Shown in pieces: positions 1 through 13,999 of a DNA stretch of 64,000 nt. Every line of letters begins with the position of its first letter. Position 1 is the first letter of the stretch. The notes under the pieces were generated by a model that saw only the letters and a program-made list of their open reading frames with translations, searched no databases and had not been told where the DNA came from. Origin of the DNA: Vicugna vicugna. Lineage: Eukaryota. Both the position numbers and the translations under genes were made by a program. The DNA is taken from positions 490,545 through 554,544 of the forward strand of contig MU057416.1 in NCBI GenBank assembly GCA_013265495.1, in the 5' to 3' direction.

Positions 1-900
1 TCTTAACGTTGCTCCGTACTTCTGCGTCGCACTGTAACTGAGCTGACTTCAGCCTAAAAGATCATCCAAATGCTGTTTTACTGCTTTTCTGTGTTGCTAA
101 ATGACTCACTTCTTGTAACACGTTTTTGTGTGTTTTACAAGCGTTCACAGTTCACGTGTGATGCGTAGCTTGGCCTGTCTGAGCTTTCCTGCCCGGGAGT
201 GGTTACAGCTCAGCCTCTGGGAGGCGACCGTTCACACTGGGAAGTGGCTATGTTGGTAAACATTACTTCTTGCCTACAACTCTCTACAAGGTCCACAGTC
301 CTCCTGCCATCAGTGCCTTGCATGCGGCTCTTTTGGAGTCTGAAATGTAATAGCTTCCCAGGATTAAAGCATTTCCATGAGAGGGAGCACGTGGAGCAAT
401 GTAGTCCAGTCTTCTCATTTCACAGCGAGGCGAGCGCGACACAGCCCTTTACGTGCACTGAAGATTGGGTCAAGGCTCCAGCTGCTTTCTGGTTCCCAGT
501 GCTGTGTGCTGAATTTAGCATAATTACTATCCGTTGGTTTCAGTCAATAAGGCTTCAAGCCCAAAGGCTCAGGACAGACGAGAAAGAAATGTTCAAGATA
601 GTCTGAATGCCTTTTAAATGCCCAAATATTCCTGTTTTAGAGAAACACTATGGCGACATCAGAGGATTTGGTCAGATGTAAAGTTTGGACGTCCTCGTGG
701 CCACCAATTCACACACATCCAGATTTGGAAGGCACAAATCTCTAAGAGCATCTGGAGACGATCCTGCTCTTCTTGGACTGGATCCTTAAGACAATTCCTT
801 CTGCAGGGAACCACATGAAGCCACCAAAATGGAATAAACTCCCGTTAATAGGAAGGACTGCATATACACAGCCACGAATGAGGAAATACAAAGTCCATGA

Positions 901-1365
901 TTTTTTAAATTATTTTTTATTTTAGTCTAGTCAGTTTACAATGTTGCGCCGATTTCTGGTGTCCAGCATCATGTTTCAGTCACACATACACAGACATATA
1001 TTCCTTTTTGTATTCTTCTTCATGATAGGTTACAAGTTATTAAATATTAAATTCCCTGTGCTCTACAGAAGAACCTTGTAGTTTACCTGTTTTATAGACG
1101 GTAGTATCTGCAAATCTCGAACTCTCAGTTACGACTTTTTTCATGTGCTTATTGGCCATTCATATGTCTTCACTGGAGAATTGCTTGCTTACGTCTTCTG
1201 CCCATTTTTGGATTGGGTTATTTGGTTTTGTTACTAAGTTGTATGAGCTGTTTGTATATTCTGGAAATTAAGCCCATGTCAGTGGCATCATTTGCGTGAA
1301 ACATTATGCTGTACACCAGAAACTGACACAACCCTACAAACTGACTACATTTTTATATATATATG
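901..1365. mobile_element. Compound L1 fragments: minus 3' tail, minus ORF2 piece, plus 3' tail
   Basis: L1 3' UTR motif (atgctgtacaccagaaactgacaca) occurs in both orientations. ORF2 3' motif ttggccatt...ggagaa...cccattttt on minus. Confidence 0.8.
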
Positions 1366-3112
1366 TAAATTCTATGATTAATGACGTTGAGGATTTAATA
1401 CTTGGCTTCCGTAACAACATTTAACAGCCTCTTTCATCAGAAACATTTCTAGTGCTGCCCTTTCAATACAGCTCTTTGTCTGGTCTGGAACAAACTGGAG
1501 GAGACCTGGCAAAGCGCCTTTAGTCATGTATTTCAAATTCTTTAAGCATCTTTAATCTCATTCCTTCAACAGAATCTCTTTACTTTGTTCCGAAAGTTAA
1601 CAGTTCACAGTCTTTGAATCTGCATGTGGTCTGTCCTCTAACTCCCGCCCGGCACTCTTTTCTGTGCCTGTCTTTAAGCCCATGATGAAACTCAAAACTC
1701 ACAAGCAGGGTGACCTGGGCCACGTTTGAAGAGAAGCTCATTTTGATGTTTCCATCTGCGTGCTCTTTCTCTGCATTCCCACATCGCAGGGAGATGCTCT
1801 GATTTTCACTGTCTTTATTATTTATCTTGATCCATTCTGAACAAATAGCTAGTCCCCGCATGCCAATTTCAATTAATTCCTTGTTGAATCAAAGAGGTGC
1901 TCACACATACGGACTCACACAGAAAACCTGGGGTCCCTGCGAGTGTACCACATGTATTTTATCCACGTGCACAAGTAACAATTTTTGCACCGCACATTTT
2001 CAGACATACACGATTGAGGCCGTGTGTATTCTGAAAAGCTGCCCTGCGTTTGCTATTCTTCATTGGTTTCAGAGACTCCACGGCTGAAGCAAGGACTTGG
2101 GAGTGTAGACGCTGAAATATGAGGCACTTCTTGGGGCCAGAACAGGGCAGACCAGCAGAGGACAAAGAGAAAGAACTTTATGGGGATTAATAATAATAAT
2201 AATAATGTTTCAAAATTTAAGAAAGAATTGAAATTATGTTAGAAAATATAAGAGGACTAGGCTGGGGAAGGGCTAAAAAAGAATAAGAAGGAAACACAGA
2301 TGTGAGCAAGGGCCAGCCTGGTGGGCAGGATGTAAGGACACTGGGGAGAAGATAAGTTAGGCGTGTTACTTTGGTCACATAAAATAAAAATCTCTGTCTA
2401 TCTGTATATGTGTGTCTATAATAAAGAGCAGAGAAAACAAAGCACAAGGCTGAAATCTCAGCGCGCAAAGAAATGAGAAATATCCTCGCCATCACTCGTT
2501 CCTTCACTTTCCATCACATGAAACAAAAACCTCTAGCGACGAGCTGAATGCAGCATCACTGTGTTAAGCAAAGGAATTCGTATGGAATCCTACGTCTTCT
2601 CCTCACCCTCCCTCTTATTGAAATACTTATGTGCATGATTATTCAATGTGTTGCACCATGATTATTAATCTCAGTCTCGTTAACATTTTGGACATCTTTA
2701 GAAGTGCAGAATTTTCGATCAGTATGAAATGTCTGTTAGGATTAAATAAGATCATTTCAAAAAAATGCCTAGAATGTTTACCAAAAGAAATACATTGAAT
2801 TTTTTTTAAATCCCAGGTTTGCCTCAGAAACACCCTCTTCTCTGTGAATGGGAAACATTTTTGAGGGTTCAGTTTAGTACCTGAGACGTTTAAATTGCCT
2901 AAATTAACTTGAGGTTGTGTTTATTTGGCCATTGGCTGCTTTCTCGTGATCTGAATGACGATGATGATGGTGGTGCCATGGTGATGAGAAGGAGGAGGAG
3001 GAGAGAGAGGAAGAAAAGAGGGGGGAATTTTCTAAAACAGTCACTAACTCCTGAAGACCTCATTTCTAAAACAGGAGGTTGAACTAAATCATCTCCAGAC
3101 TCATCCACTGGT

Positions 3113-3455
3113 CTAAAAATACGAGATTTGTCATAGACACAGAGAACAAGCAGGTGGCTTCCTGAGGGAGCTGGGGAGGGGGGACTGGGCGGAGTAGGTG
3201 GCGGGGATTAAGAGGTCCAGACCTCCAGCTACAACGTAAGTGAGTCACGGCGTGAAGTGCGCAGCACGGGGAACACAGCCAGCAGCGCTTCCGTGACTCT
3301 GCGTGGGGACAGTCGGGCTCCAGACTCACAGTGGTGGTCAGTTCCTAATGTGTATAAATGTTGAATCCCTATGTTGCACACCTGAAACTGATACAATACT
3401 GTGTGTTAACTAGACTTCAATAAAAAAAAAGTAAAAATAGCAAAATAAAATAAAA
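3113..3455 (+). mobile_element. L1 3' end (5'-truncated)
   Basis: catagacacagagaac...tgttgcacacctgaaactgatacaat...cttcaataaa followed by an A-rich tail. Confidence 0.85.
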
Positions 3456-4689
3456 TGATGGCATTTGTTATGCCTGGGTTTTAATTCCCAGTTTTTACTT
3501 AATGTGACCTAATTTTAAAAATTAATTTACAGATAGACTACACTAAGTGCAAGCAGTTCAACAAGCCTTGCTCACATCCAAAGGAAATCTTGACTTGAGC
3601 TTTTTCTCTCTGTAGTTAGAGTTCAAAAAAAAAAAACCATTAAATTCTCATTATTTGAGTCAACTGATCTCATACTATGTTGTAAAGCATGCTTAAGTCG
3701 AAAGAACCCATCCCCTAGTCACAGAAACTCACTATTTCTCCGAATTTAAGGAAGTTTATGAGCATAAGACTTATGCTAAAGCCTGTCTTTTCAGTTTTGA
3801 AAGGGAAGTTATAATGCCAACTTTGAAGGATGTCAGCCAGTTTAAAAAGATTACTTATGCGAGTTATCTAGTAAAATCAAAAGATAAATAAATAATAGCT
3901 ACTATAATTAAAAACATATACATTTGTTTCTTTGTGCTCATGTGACATTACTAAAATTTATTAAAAACTGGAGTTTTTTTTTATTTTATGTTCCTACAGC
4001 CCGAAAGCTCCCTTTCATGTTTCGCTGGAGTTTACATTCTGTTTCATGAGTGGGGTTACATTTCCAATACTGCCGAGCGCGCATGTGATTTTACTATGTC
4101 AATTACACAAACTTGTAGTATTTTAAAAACTATTTTTAATAAAAAATACCATTTTCAAAAGGATTAAAATTGGACTGCTGTTTGTTCCTAAGGTTTCCAA
4201 TGACTATAAACCATCACTGAGTTCTCACTGAGATATGAATGAATCTTCATCTACTGGCAGAGATAAGAAATATGAATGTGTTTTGAGAGGAAATGCACCG
4301 TGTGGTTTGAGATCACAGTAACTGATTTTGAGTCTATTATATCCGCTAATACACAGATGAACACGCTGTAAGTAGGTCCCTATCAAGAAATGAACAGATA
4401 AGATTCTCACTGGCTTGAGGTCCAACACAAAACACGACTGAATCTAATTATGTGTCTCTGTGTGAACCGTGGCCACGCTGCTGTTACCGTTTTTTTGATG
4501 AGCAGGTTGCCTGAAATAGTCCCGGTTTTCAAACGACAGGGGCAAGCAGAAAAGTATGATGACTTTTCTTTGAAGAGATGGTCGTGTTGGACTCAATTCC
4601 CATTTGCCAGTCAAGGCACCTCCAAGCCCTTCACACTTTCGGTGACACGGGATGAGGCCCTGAGCTAGAAGAAGGTCTGCGGTGGAGAC

Positions 4690-5250
4690 ACTCACTGCAG
4701 GGATGGCGCCCTTGCGTTCACAGCGGTAGAAAGTGGAGCTGACGGGCCGGCTGCGGGGCCCACGCGGGCGCAGCGACGCAGAGCCCTGTCATCTGCGGAG
4801 ACCCGGAGGGCGCCGGCCGAGGGGGCAGCCCTGACCCAGCAGACAGCCGGCCATCCTGGTTTGGATGAGGTGGTGACTAGTTTTCTGGGTCCAGAGAAAA
4901 AGAGAGAGGCAAGATTTGGACAAAGATGATTTTCTCCACTGCCAAAATGCCTAAGGATGAATTACACAGAGACTGGAGCCTACTTTTCAGAAGGTTACAG
5001 CTCGTGGGGCATTTCCCGAACTCAACACTTGACAGTGAACTGGAGACGGCTGCACGTCGCTGAGGTGAGAGCGGACGCACTGGACAAACACGTGAAAGCC
5101 AGGCTCGGCCCCAGCTCGCCGCCTGGCCGGCCGCCGACCCGCCGGCCGGCGCTCCAGCGCCGCGCGCGCCTGAGCCATCGCGGGGGCAGCAAGGCCAGGC
5201 AACGTGAGGGCCCCGGGCTCTCGAGACGGCGTCGCCCGGGACAATCATTT
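4690..5250. promoter_or_regulatory. CpG-rich patch (orphan CpG island-like)
   Basis: Dense CG dinucleotides at 4730-4850 and 5045-5240 against an AT-rich background. Confidence 0.55.
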
Positions 5251-7989
5251 GATCTTTTCGGAAAATAGAGATCGAAGTAACTTGGGTGACACTCAATGTT
5301 TAGCCATTCATTACTGTTGATGGCATTGTAATCAATGTGCAATGAGGAAAGTGTAAGAGGAGACTGAACTCACCACACTTTCATTATTCAGCGGAGTGTC
5401 GGGTGAATAGTCCTTCTGTTTCAGTTAATTTTCCTGCAGAGCTGCTCCCAGAAAGCCTCCTCAGGTCTAAAAGGTTCTTGAAGCTCACTTTTAATTTCCA
5501 CCCCTGATGAAACTACCTTTGGCAATCAGAAAGTTCCTGCAGCTGAAAACCCTGAAGGCACTCTCAGAGATACAGAAATGCTCCGGGACAGTAGCTGCAG
5601 CTCCGCCGAGCATGCGTGCTCGGGGACGGATGAAACCATGTGACGGAGTTAGGACGGCCTCTGCACGCATGTCCCCAAGTTGCTGTTGCCACAGCTACCT
5701 TTATCCATACGCACGAAGTTACTACATAGCACATACTATACTTAGGGCGTGTACTTTATGTTTCCAATATTCGGGGAATACGGAAGAAACCCACACAAAT
5801 TAATAAATTCTAAATTCTATATTTAGTATCGATCCACATTCAAATCTCTCATTGTGGTTTTCCTATGATAGTTACATCAACCACATACGTGCCTATGTAT
5901 ACACATTTATGTCAAAGAAAAACGTCCAAACACATATAGCTCTTAGCTACGGTCTCCTCCAAAGACCTTATAAATATTCTGCAGTTATAGTATGTAAACT
6001 GTTTATACAAAGAAGTATTTCCTGTTTTCCCTCAGAGACTGAAATTTAGGGATCGAGAGTCTCCTGTTAAAAACAGGGGAGGAGCACTTCCTTGCTGCTG
6101 AGCGATGCCTAGGAGGCGCTCTCTCCTTGCCCAGAGGTTGGTCATCGTTGCCTCGTTGTCATTTAAATACAACAAAACATGGTTTATGTCTCATCATCTA
6201 AAAACAGGAACTCTGCCAGGAAATTCTAGTCTCGTGTGATCTGTAATAAAACATAGCTTGTGACGATAAAATTAAAAACTGGGGTCGAACTAAGTTCACG
6301 ATGTTTGGACCCTTTGTCAATATGGCTTTCAAAGCCAGAGTGTGGGGGGTGGACAAGTTCAGGGTGTTGTTAACATCAGGGTGATGAAAGAGCTTAGATT
6401 AGGATGAACAGAGTTCAGGTGAATTCATGCAGCGTTCACCAGATAGGTGAGTGCACGTGTGTGGAGATACGTACACGGGGATAGGCAGATACAGAGACAG
6501 ATGCGGACAGCTATCATCCGTCCCTCTGTCCATCTCCAGTGACTAACCAGAGATCAGCCATGTACTAGATCTGCTCATCTGCTGTGTCATTTAATCGCAG
6601 GAAATGCCTCACCTGGGGAGGCACCTCCGTGGTGGACAGAGCATTTACATCTGCTCAGACCACTATTTATAGGACATTTTCTGCATTTCTTGTGTCTGGG
6701 TCCCCTTCCTATGTCAAGGCGAATAGGGAGCAACACCCTGTTTCCCAGAATACACTCAGTCCCTTTCCTGTAAATATGTCTGTTTCTCACCACTAGATTA
6801 CTTGTTGAGTGCACAACACTGCGCTCGGTGCTGGGGCTTTGTTACCCCATTGCATCCCCCAGTACTAAGCACAGTACCTAGCACATAGCAGGACTCAAAA
6901 AAGTACTTACCAAAGAAAGTGTAACTGAGTAAGTGATGAAACAGGAAATCAGAAGGAACAGGTGTGCTCTCTGCATACCTAGCTAATTCTGAGTTCTCTA
7001 ATCAGAGTCCTGATTTTTGGAACTGGGAAATGATTACTGCTCTACTGCTGATCATAGACGACGTTGGCCCTCAAGAGAAACTGTGCACCTGCCGGTGCCC
7101 CTCACAGCCCACATCTGGATGGCCTCGGGAGGAAGGCTGCACTCAGAACACAAGTCTCCACTTCTCATTTATCAGAATCTTCTTTTCCTGAGGTGGGGCA
7201 GAGACCAGGACAAGCATTTGTTCTTTCTGAATGTTTGTGCTACTCAAGCATCTGAAGTTGACAACAAAGATGAATAGCCTGCTTCTCTCGGAGTCCAGTG
7301 CAGGCCCTGGGGTGGCAGGCCCTCTGCACACGCTCTCCAGGCACCAAGCTTCCTCTCCATCTCCTCCCCGAGGCCTGGAAGCTCTCAGTGGACTCCTCTC
7401 CACCCAGCTGGGTGATGAGCGAGGAGAGGGAACACGGAAAGCGGCGTGAGAGTGTTCAGAGGTCAGATCTGGGGTGGGGCACCTCAGGCTCGCTCATCCC
7501 TTGGCCAGGAGGCACCGACCTGTGAAGGCTTTTGAGAGATGAGTCTTGCAAGGGGTGAGCGCCACCCCAAGGTGAAGTCGCACGTTCAGGATAGCTGCCC
7601 AGGCTGCACCGTCATGAGAGCGTTTTGGGTAGGTTTGCTTGTCACGACCAGGCTTAAAGAGGCAAAGAAGGGGAAAGGGCGAGAAGAAGGAAACGCACAG
7701 ACTGTCTGGCGGAAGACGACAGCTGACTCTTCTCCTCCCCAGTGAAATAACATTGGTCCCAAGCCTTTGGGAAGAGGAGAGAAATTAAGACGTACGTAGA
7801 CTGCTGGAAGGACGTCCTCCGTAGGTTTACAGCTATGGAAAAACGACTTAAAGTGATGTATAACATGCAAGTGTTCATAACTAATCATATATGTATGTGT
7901 GTGAGTATACGTATTTCTCCACCTACCTACCTCTCACACACACTCACACGCCCCCTCTCCGGAGTTGCATACGTCTTGCCTTCACGAAA

Positions 7990-8440
7990 AAATGAAGGTG
8001 CCACGGGTGTTTTCCAGGCGAGGAACAAGCCGCGGAGTGAGCGCTGGAACCGCCTCGCAGAACAGGCGCCGCGCCCCTCCCGCCCCGGCGCGCGCTCCCC
8101 CAGAGCCAGTTCTCTTTGAATTCTTTCTCCTTGTCTCTGTGGAAGGAAACACGTGTCCCCTGGAGGCATTCTCGCAGGGTTGGAGGAACCGCTGAAATCT
8201 CTCTCCCTTGCCTTCCGGAGGCCCCGGGACGCGCAGAGGCACGCGACGTCCACACCGCGGCCTCGCGGCTCGCGCCCCGGGGACCCCGCGGCCCCGGCGG
8301 GCAGGGGGCGCTGAAGGCGTCCGGGCGCCTGGCGGCCGGGTGGCCTCCGCAAACAAAGGCTCAACTTCCGCCTGCGCCGCGATGGCTCTCTTTGTAAAGG
8401 CTGCCTCGCACGCTGCGTGGTTTCATGCTGAAACCGTAGC
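7990..8440. promoter_or_regulatory. CpG island with CTCF-like motif at 8295-8313
   Basis: Very CG-dense. cggcgggcagggggcgctg matches the CTCF core CAGGGGGCGC with a mismatch at the 5' CC. ETS-like acttccgcc near 8365. Confidence 0.6.
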
Positions 8441-9837
8441 ATTCGTTTGCAGAGATTTCACTTCATAATTTATTGTTAACTTTTATTCTTTCCCCTGTGG
8501 ATTTTCGGATCTTATATTTATTATGACTTAACCTATAAAAATAGTGAGCTATTGAATACCCCAAATGATTCAAATAAACTTTTTAGCTGGTTTGGAATGT
8601 ATTTGCTTTCCTTTTCTTCTTTCAGTTATACTAGATTTCAAGGTTTAATTCTAACAAAAAATTCAGTGGGGAATAAAGAGACCATACTAGAAATGTATAA
8701 TTATTTGTGGGTGTTTTCATATAGCTGAAGAAAGCCTATTAACACTAGATACTCTAGTAAAAACCCAAAGATGTTTAGATCAAAACTACTGCCTTGTCCT
8801 TATACTGTTGATATGAAATTAACTTACTATAAAATATAATGCAATATATAGACTCTGAGCATATTACAAATGCTTAAAACAACATATATAAAATATAGTC
8901 AGTGAAATGAAAACAGCTTCCTATTACATTAATAAAAATAAACTTAATTTATTTAATATAGAACAATTAGAGTAGCTATTAAATGTGGAACTTATGTTTA
9001 TTTATTCATCAAATATTTATTCATAGACTATTCTGCCCAAATGTTACGTTATGATTTATTAAAGACATATTAATAATTATAATGTAGCATAGTTTTTTTT
9101 GCAGTGTTTGGAGAATTTTCACATACAGTATTATTTTTTTGAGTCTCAGAGCAATCAAGTGAATTTCTTTAAAAAAATTCTAGGACCAAAATTGATGATT
9201 CTTTCCTCTAGCACATCAGGCCAACTCCACTGAAAACCCCCAAGTGTCTAGAATAGTTTATGTAAGTAATCTTCTAGCTAGACTATGTTATTTAGTCCAT
9301 CTTTCTTCTTTCATTTGTCTAGACAGTAAGACGTTTTGTAGATTTGAGAAAGGATAGGGATAAATAATATTGCCCCAGGAGCTGGATTTAAGTTAAAGGC
9401 AAAGTCCATCTTCAGCCGTGTTCCACATGGGATCGTGAAAGTCTCGTCAGGTACGAAACAGTGGGGAAAAGCAGCTTTGGAGTCCCCTTCCTGCTGCGAT
9501 GTCCACAGCACGCAGCAGTGGGAGGAACACCGGCCTGCACTCAGGGGCCTGCATGGGAGTCCTCACGCTGAACAGCGTGGTATCGTCAAGCTGCTTAACC
9601 AGTTTCCACCTCTGTGAAAAAGGTTGTTTCTGTTGATAATGGTAATACTGATGGTAATGATGACAGGCTAATAATTACTGAGAGTTTCATCTCTGAAATC
9701 CTTCACCTTGATGTTGAAAATATATCCCACTTAATCAAACTTATTCCACAGTGATTTTGTGAGTACATCTATCACATGCATCGACGTCCATAGATCCACT
9801 GTCACCCTAGCTGAAAGTGTCGTTTAAAAACACTGGT

Positions 9838-11522
9838 TTCTAAAGTTTACATAGAAAAGTAAAAAGATCCAGCATATCCAACACAACACTGAAGAAGGGT
9901 CAGAAGTCTGGAGGACTAACACCACCCAGCTAAAAGGCTCAAAGTCAGAGTTATCAAAACAGGGAGGTCACGGTGAAAGACGAGACAAGTAATCGATGGA
10001 ACAGAGAGCCCAGACGTAGATCCACACAAATACACTCAGCTGGCTCTCAGAAAAGCAGCCCAATGGAGTGAAGATAGTCCTTTAAGCAAATGATGCTGGA
10101 CCAACTGGACATCCACGTGCCAAAAAAAAAAAAAAAGAATCTAAATACAGACCCTTCACAAAAGTTAACTCAAAAAGAGTTGTAGATCTAAGTGTAAAAT
10201 GCAAAACTATAAAACTCCTAAAGGATAACGAAAAAATCTAGAAGACTGTGGGTACGGTGATGCCTTTTCAGATACAACACCAAAGGCACGAACTGTGAAG
10301 GAAATAACCGATGAGCTGGACTTTATTAAAATTGAAAAAAAACTTCCACTCTGCAAAAGACAGTGTCAAGAGAATGGGAAGTCAAGCCACAGAGAGTGAG
10401 AAAATGTTTGCAAAAGACATACCCAAAAGAAGTGTGGACTTTCCCCTCCCCGTTGCAGCACTGTTTTCCAAAATATACAAACAATACTTAAAACTCAACA
10501 AGAAAACAAACAACCCAATTAAAAAACGGGCAAAGGACCCGAGCAGATGCCTCATGAAAGAAGTTACATTCAGATGGTAAATGAGCGTGTGAAAAGAGGC
10601 TCGGCATCCTGTCATTGACGGGCTGTGGGTTCAAACAACAACCAGACGCTACTCCGCACCCGTTAGAGTGACCAGAATCCAGAACACCCACAGCGCCAAA
10701 CGCTGGTGAGGACCTGAAGCCATGGGCATCCTCATCCACTGCCTGTGGGAATGCGAAAACAGTACAGCCACTTTGCAAGACAGTAGTTGCTTACAGAACC
10801 AAACACACTTCGACCGTGTGATCCAGCCATGGCACTCCTTGACGTTGCACAAATAAGTGGAAACTTACGCCCACACAAACAGCCTGCACGTGGATATTTG
10901 TGGAAGCTTTATTCATCATTGCCAAAACTTGGAAGCGACCGAGATGTCCTTCAGTAGGTGAATGGATCAATCAACTGTGGTCCTTCCAGACAATGGAATA
11001 TTGTTCAGGGCAGACAAGCAATGAGCTCTCACACCATGACAAGACATGGAGGAAATCCTAAGTGCATATTACTAAATAAAAGAAGGCAATGTGAAAAGAC
11101 TACACACTGTATGTTTCCGACTATATGACTTTCTGGAAAAGGCAAAACAATGGAGCCAATAAAAAGATTAGTTGCTACTACGAGTTAAGGAGTTGGTGTG
11201 GGAGGAATAAGTAAGTTGTGCACAGAGGATTTTTAGGGCAGTGAACACACTCTGTATGACACTGTAATGATGAGTACGTGTCATTATACATTTGTCCAAG
11301 TCCACAGAACGCACCACACCAAAAGTGAACCCTAGTGTAAAATACGGGCTTTGGGGGGTTATAAGACGTCTGCGCAGGTCCGTCGGTGGTAACAAAAGTA
11401 CCACTCTGGCCAGGGATGTTGAAAACAGGGGAGGTTATGCCCATGTGGGGACAGCGGGCCTACGGAAAACCTCTGTATCTTCCTGTCCATTTCCCTGTGA
11501 ACCTAAAACTGTTCTAAAAAGT
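9838..11522 (+). mobile_element. L1MC1/L1MC2-like LINE, ORF2 3' part and 3' UTR
   Basis: Degenerate ORF2 (KNFHSAKDSVKRM...SEKMFAK). Diagnostic aagacatggagga...tgcatattact and gtgaaccctagtgtaaa...gtgaacctaaaactg 3' motifs. Confidence 0.9.
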
Positions 11523-12310
11523 CTTTTATTTTTATTTTTGTGAAGTCCATCCTGGCTGCTGTGTTAGAATGAAGACAAAAGGATCCTAGGAAACAATAAG
11601 AAAGCAACTGCATGGGTCAAAAGGAGAAACAGCCAAGGCTTGAGCTAGAGCAGTGACAGTGGAAAGAAACAGAATTGAACATATTGAAAATAGCTGTTGG
11701 AAGCAGAGTGAAGACAACGTTCTGCAGATCACGTGTCAAGGGTGTGGGACAGGACAGCTCAAGGGCGATGCCTGGAAACTTGCTCAGTAGGCAGCTGGAG
11801 ACCAGTCTGCTCAGACACAAGGCTGTCAACACACAGCCCGTGGCTCACCGCACGCACCGTTTTGCCGTCCTAGAGTCTGGAAAGCTTATGGGGTCACTTC
11901 TTGGATGTCACAGGGATGGGAAGGGGCTACTGATTTGGTTGGCAGTGGCTGGGACTCCTAGACGACCTGAAGTGTGGGTGACAGTTTCGCCAAACAAATT
12001 ATTTTCCCGTGTCTTGTAACCTTTCAGTGTTCCCCTCAACTAAATATCTTATAAAGATAAATGGGCCATAATTAAGTACATGATAATCCCGAAATTTTTT
12101 ACAAGAAGTTACATAAAAAAACCCAATAATTTATGAAAAGGCCATTAGGGAGAGGGAAAACCTAACTAAATATAGTGTCTGAAAATCATGAAATGAAGTT
12201 TGCTCTCTCTGTTCATCTGTCTCCTCCATGTGCTATTTTATTTCCAGCCATAGAGTCAGGGGGTCATGGCTTTCAACGCTGAAATGCAGTTATTTAAAAA
12301 CAATGAGACC

Positions 12311-12792
12311 GTTTGCATTGCTGCAAATGGAGACTCTCATACTAAGTGAAGGAAGCCAGAAAGAGGAAGAAAAATGTCATATGATATCATTTATATGTGG
12401 AATCTTAAAAAAAAAAAGGACACAAAGGAACTTATTTACAAAACAAGAGACAGACTCACGGACATCGATAACAAACTTACGGTTACCACTGGGGAAAGGG
12501 GGTGGGGAGGGATAAATTGGGAGTTCAAGATTGCAACACACTACTATCTATAAAATAGATAAACAACAAGGTCCTACTGCAGAGCACAGGGAACTCTATT
12601 CAATACCTTCTAGTCACCTAGAATGAAAAGGAATATGAAAAGGAGTGTACACGTACAACTGAGTCACTATGCTGCGCACCTGAAACTGACACAGGATTGT
12701 AAACTGACTGCACTTCAGTAAGAAAATAATAGTCAACGCAGGAGATGGTCTGATCTCCCCCCAAAGTAAAAATAAACAAAATAAAATAAAAT
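12311..12792 (+). mobile_element. Lineage-specific L1 3' end with TSD
   Basis: L1 3' UTR with A-rich tail. Direct repeat caatgagacc at 12301-12310 and 12793-12802. Confidence 0.9.
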
Positions 12793-13999
12793 CAATGAGA
12801 CCAAATGCAAGTACGTGACAGATGCACTCCTTGCAGTGGACTCAGAATGGAGTATTATTGAAGAGTGCAGTTTTTTAAGGGGTTTTGTTCATAAATGTTT
12901 TAGATTTTTCAGATCACTGGCAAGATAAGGCGTCTCCTATAGTGAACATTCCACGTGGAAATGCGGTGTTTGCTCCTAGTTGCTCAGTGTTTCTAGCTTT
13001 GCTGAGAAGCTGTCCCCAGAGGTCTCGTGCATAACTTCTCTATTGCCTCTTTTTGTTTTTAAACACCCTTATTGTGGGATGATTCCTGTACAGTAAACTA
13101 CACGTATTTCAGATGTACAATTAGATGAGTTTTGATAGACGTACACACCCATGGAACCACCAGCACAGTCAAGACAGCTAACATTGCCTCTTGCGTTTCT
13201 GCTGCTTTTCAAATCCAAGTCCCTGTTGCCTGTTGAGAGTGGAGTCCTGGGTCCTTCAGAGAACTAGGGACTAACTGTGTGCCTCTATTTGTGGTGGAAT
13301 TTGAGGATAGGAAATATATTTGAGATTTTGAGATACTTTTTTGCTACCTCCTACCATGCAAAACCTTAGAAATAATTTTGATACTAAGAAAAAAGCGCAC
13401 AGCTCCTTTATAGCACATCAACTGACTGCTCTCAGCACAACGGTCTGAAATCTGTCCTGGCCAGTGTGCTTGTCTGCAATGGGGTGATTTTCTTCTTATC
13501 ATACAAAATGAGCCATATTTATTATAACTTATCCAAAACCAGTTTTTAATTTCATGCCCATTTCTACCTCTTGGTACTCTCACTTTCCTTTACCTCCTAT
13601 CTGGAAAGGCTTCTGATTTGATCACTTCTCCTGCATCCAAACACACTCATCATAAACAGGCACAGGCATTCCCTACGCCGTGTCTTCTAACGAGGATATG
13701 CTTAAACACGTCCATGTGAAATGAGTTCGTTTATTTTAAATTAATTTCCTTTTATTTTTTCTTTATCCTTCAGTAAGTCATCCTACTGAATTTTTTCCTA
13801 ATTGTGTCTGTGGGTAATTTGTATTATCTATAAATTTTATGCAGGGGTGGTAGAGAAAGCAGTGTTAACAAAACATCTCATCTAATAGAAAGCGTTCAGT
13901 CCAACAGGAATGAGATCTGCCAACAAGTGTCATTTCGCTGTGTCACTCAATGAGGTCACCCAGGAACTGTCACAGCCAGGCCATGGCCCTGCTCTAAGA

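Noticed and set aside
7927..8442. 171-aa minus ORF and overlapping ORFs in the CpG island
   Set aside because: Arg/Pro/Gly/Ala-rich and open in many frames, as expected from GC content. No recognisable homology or splice structure.
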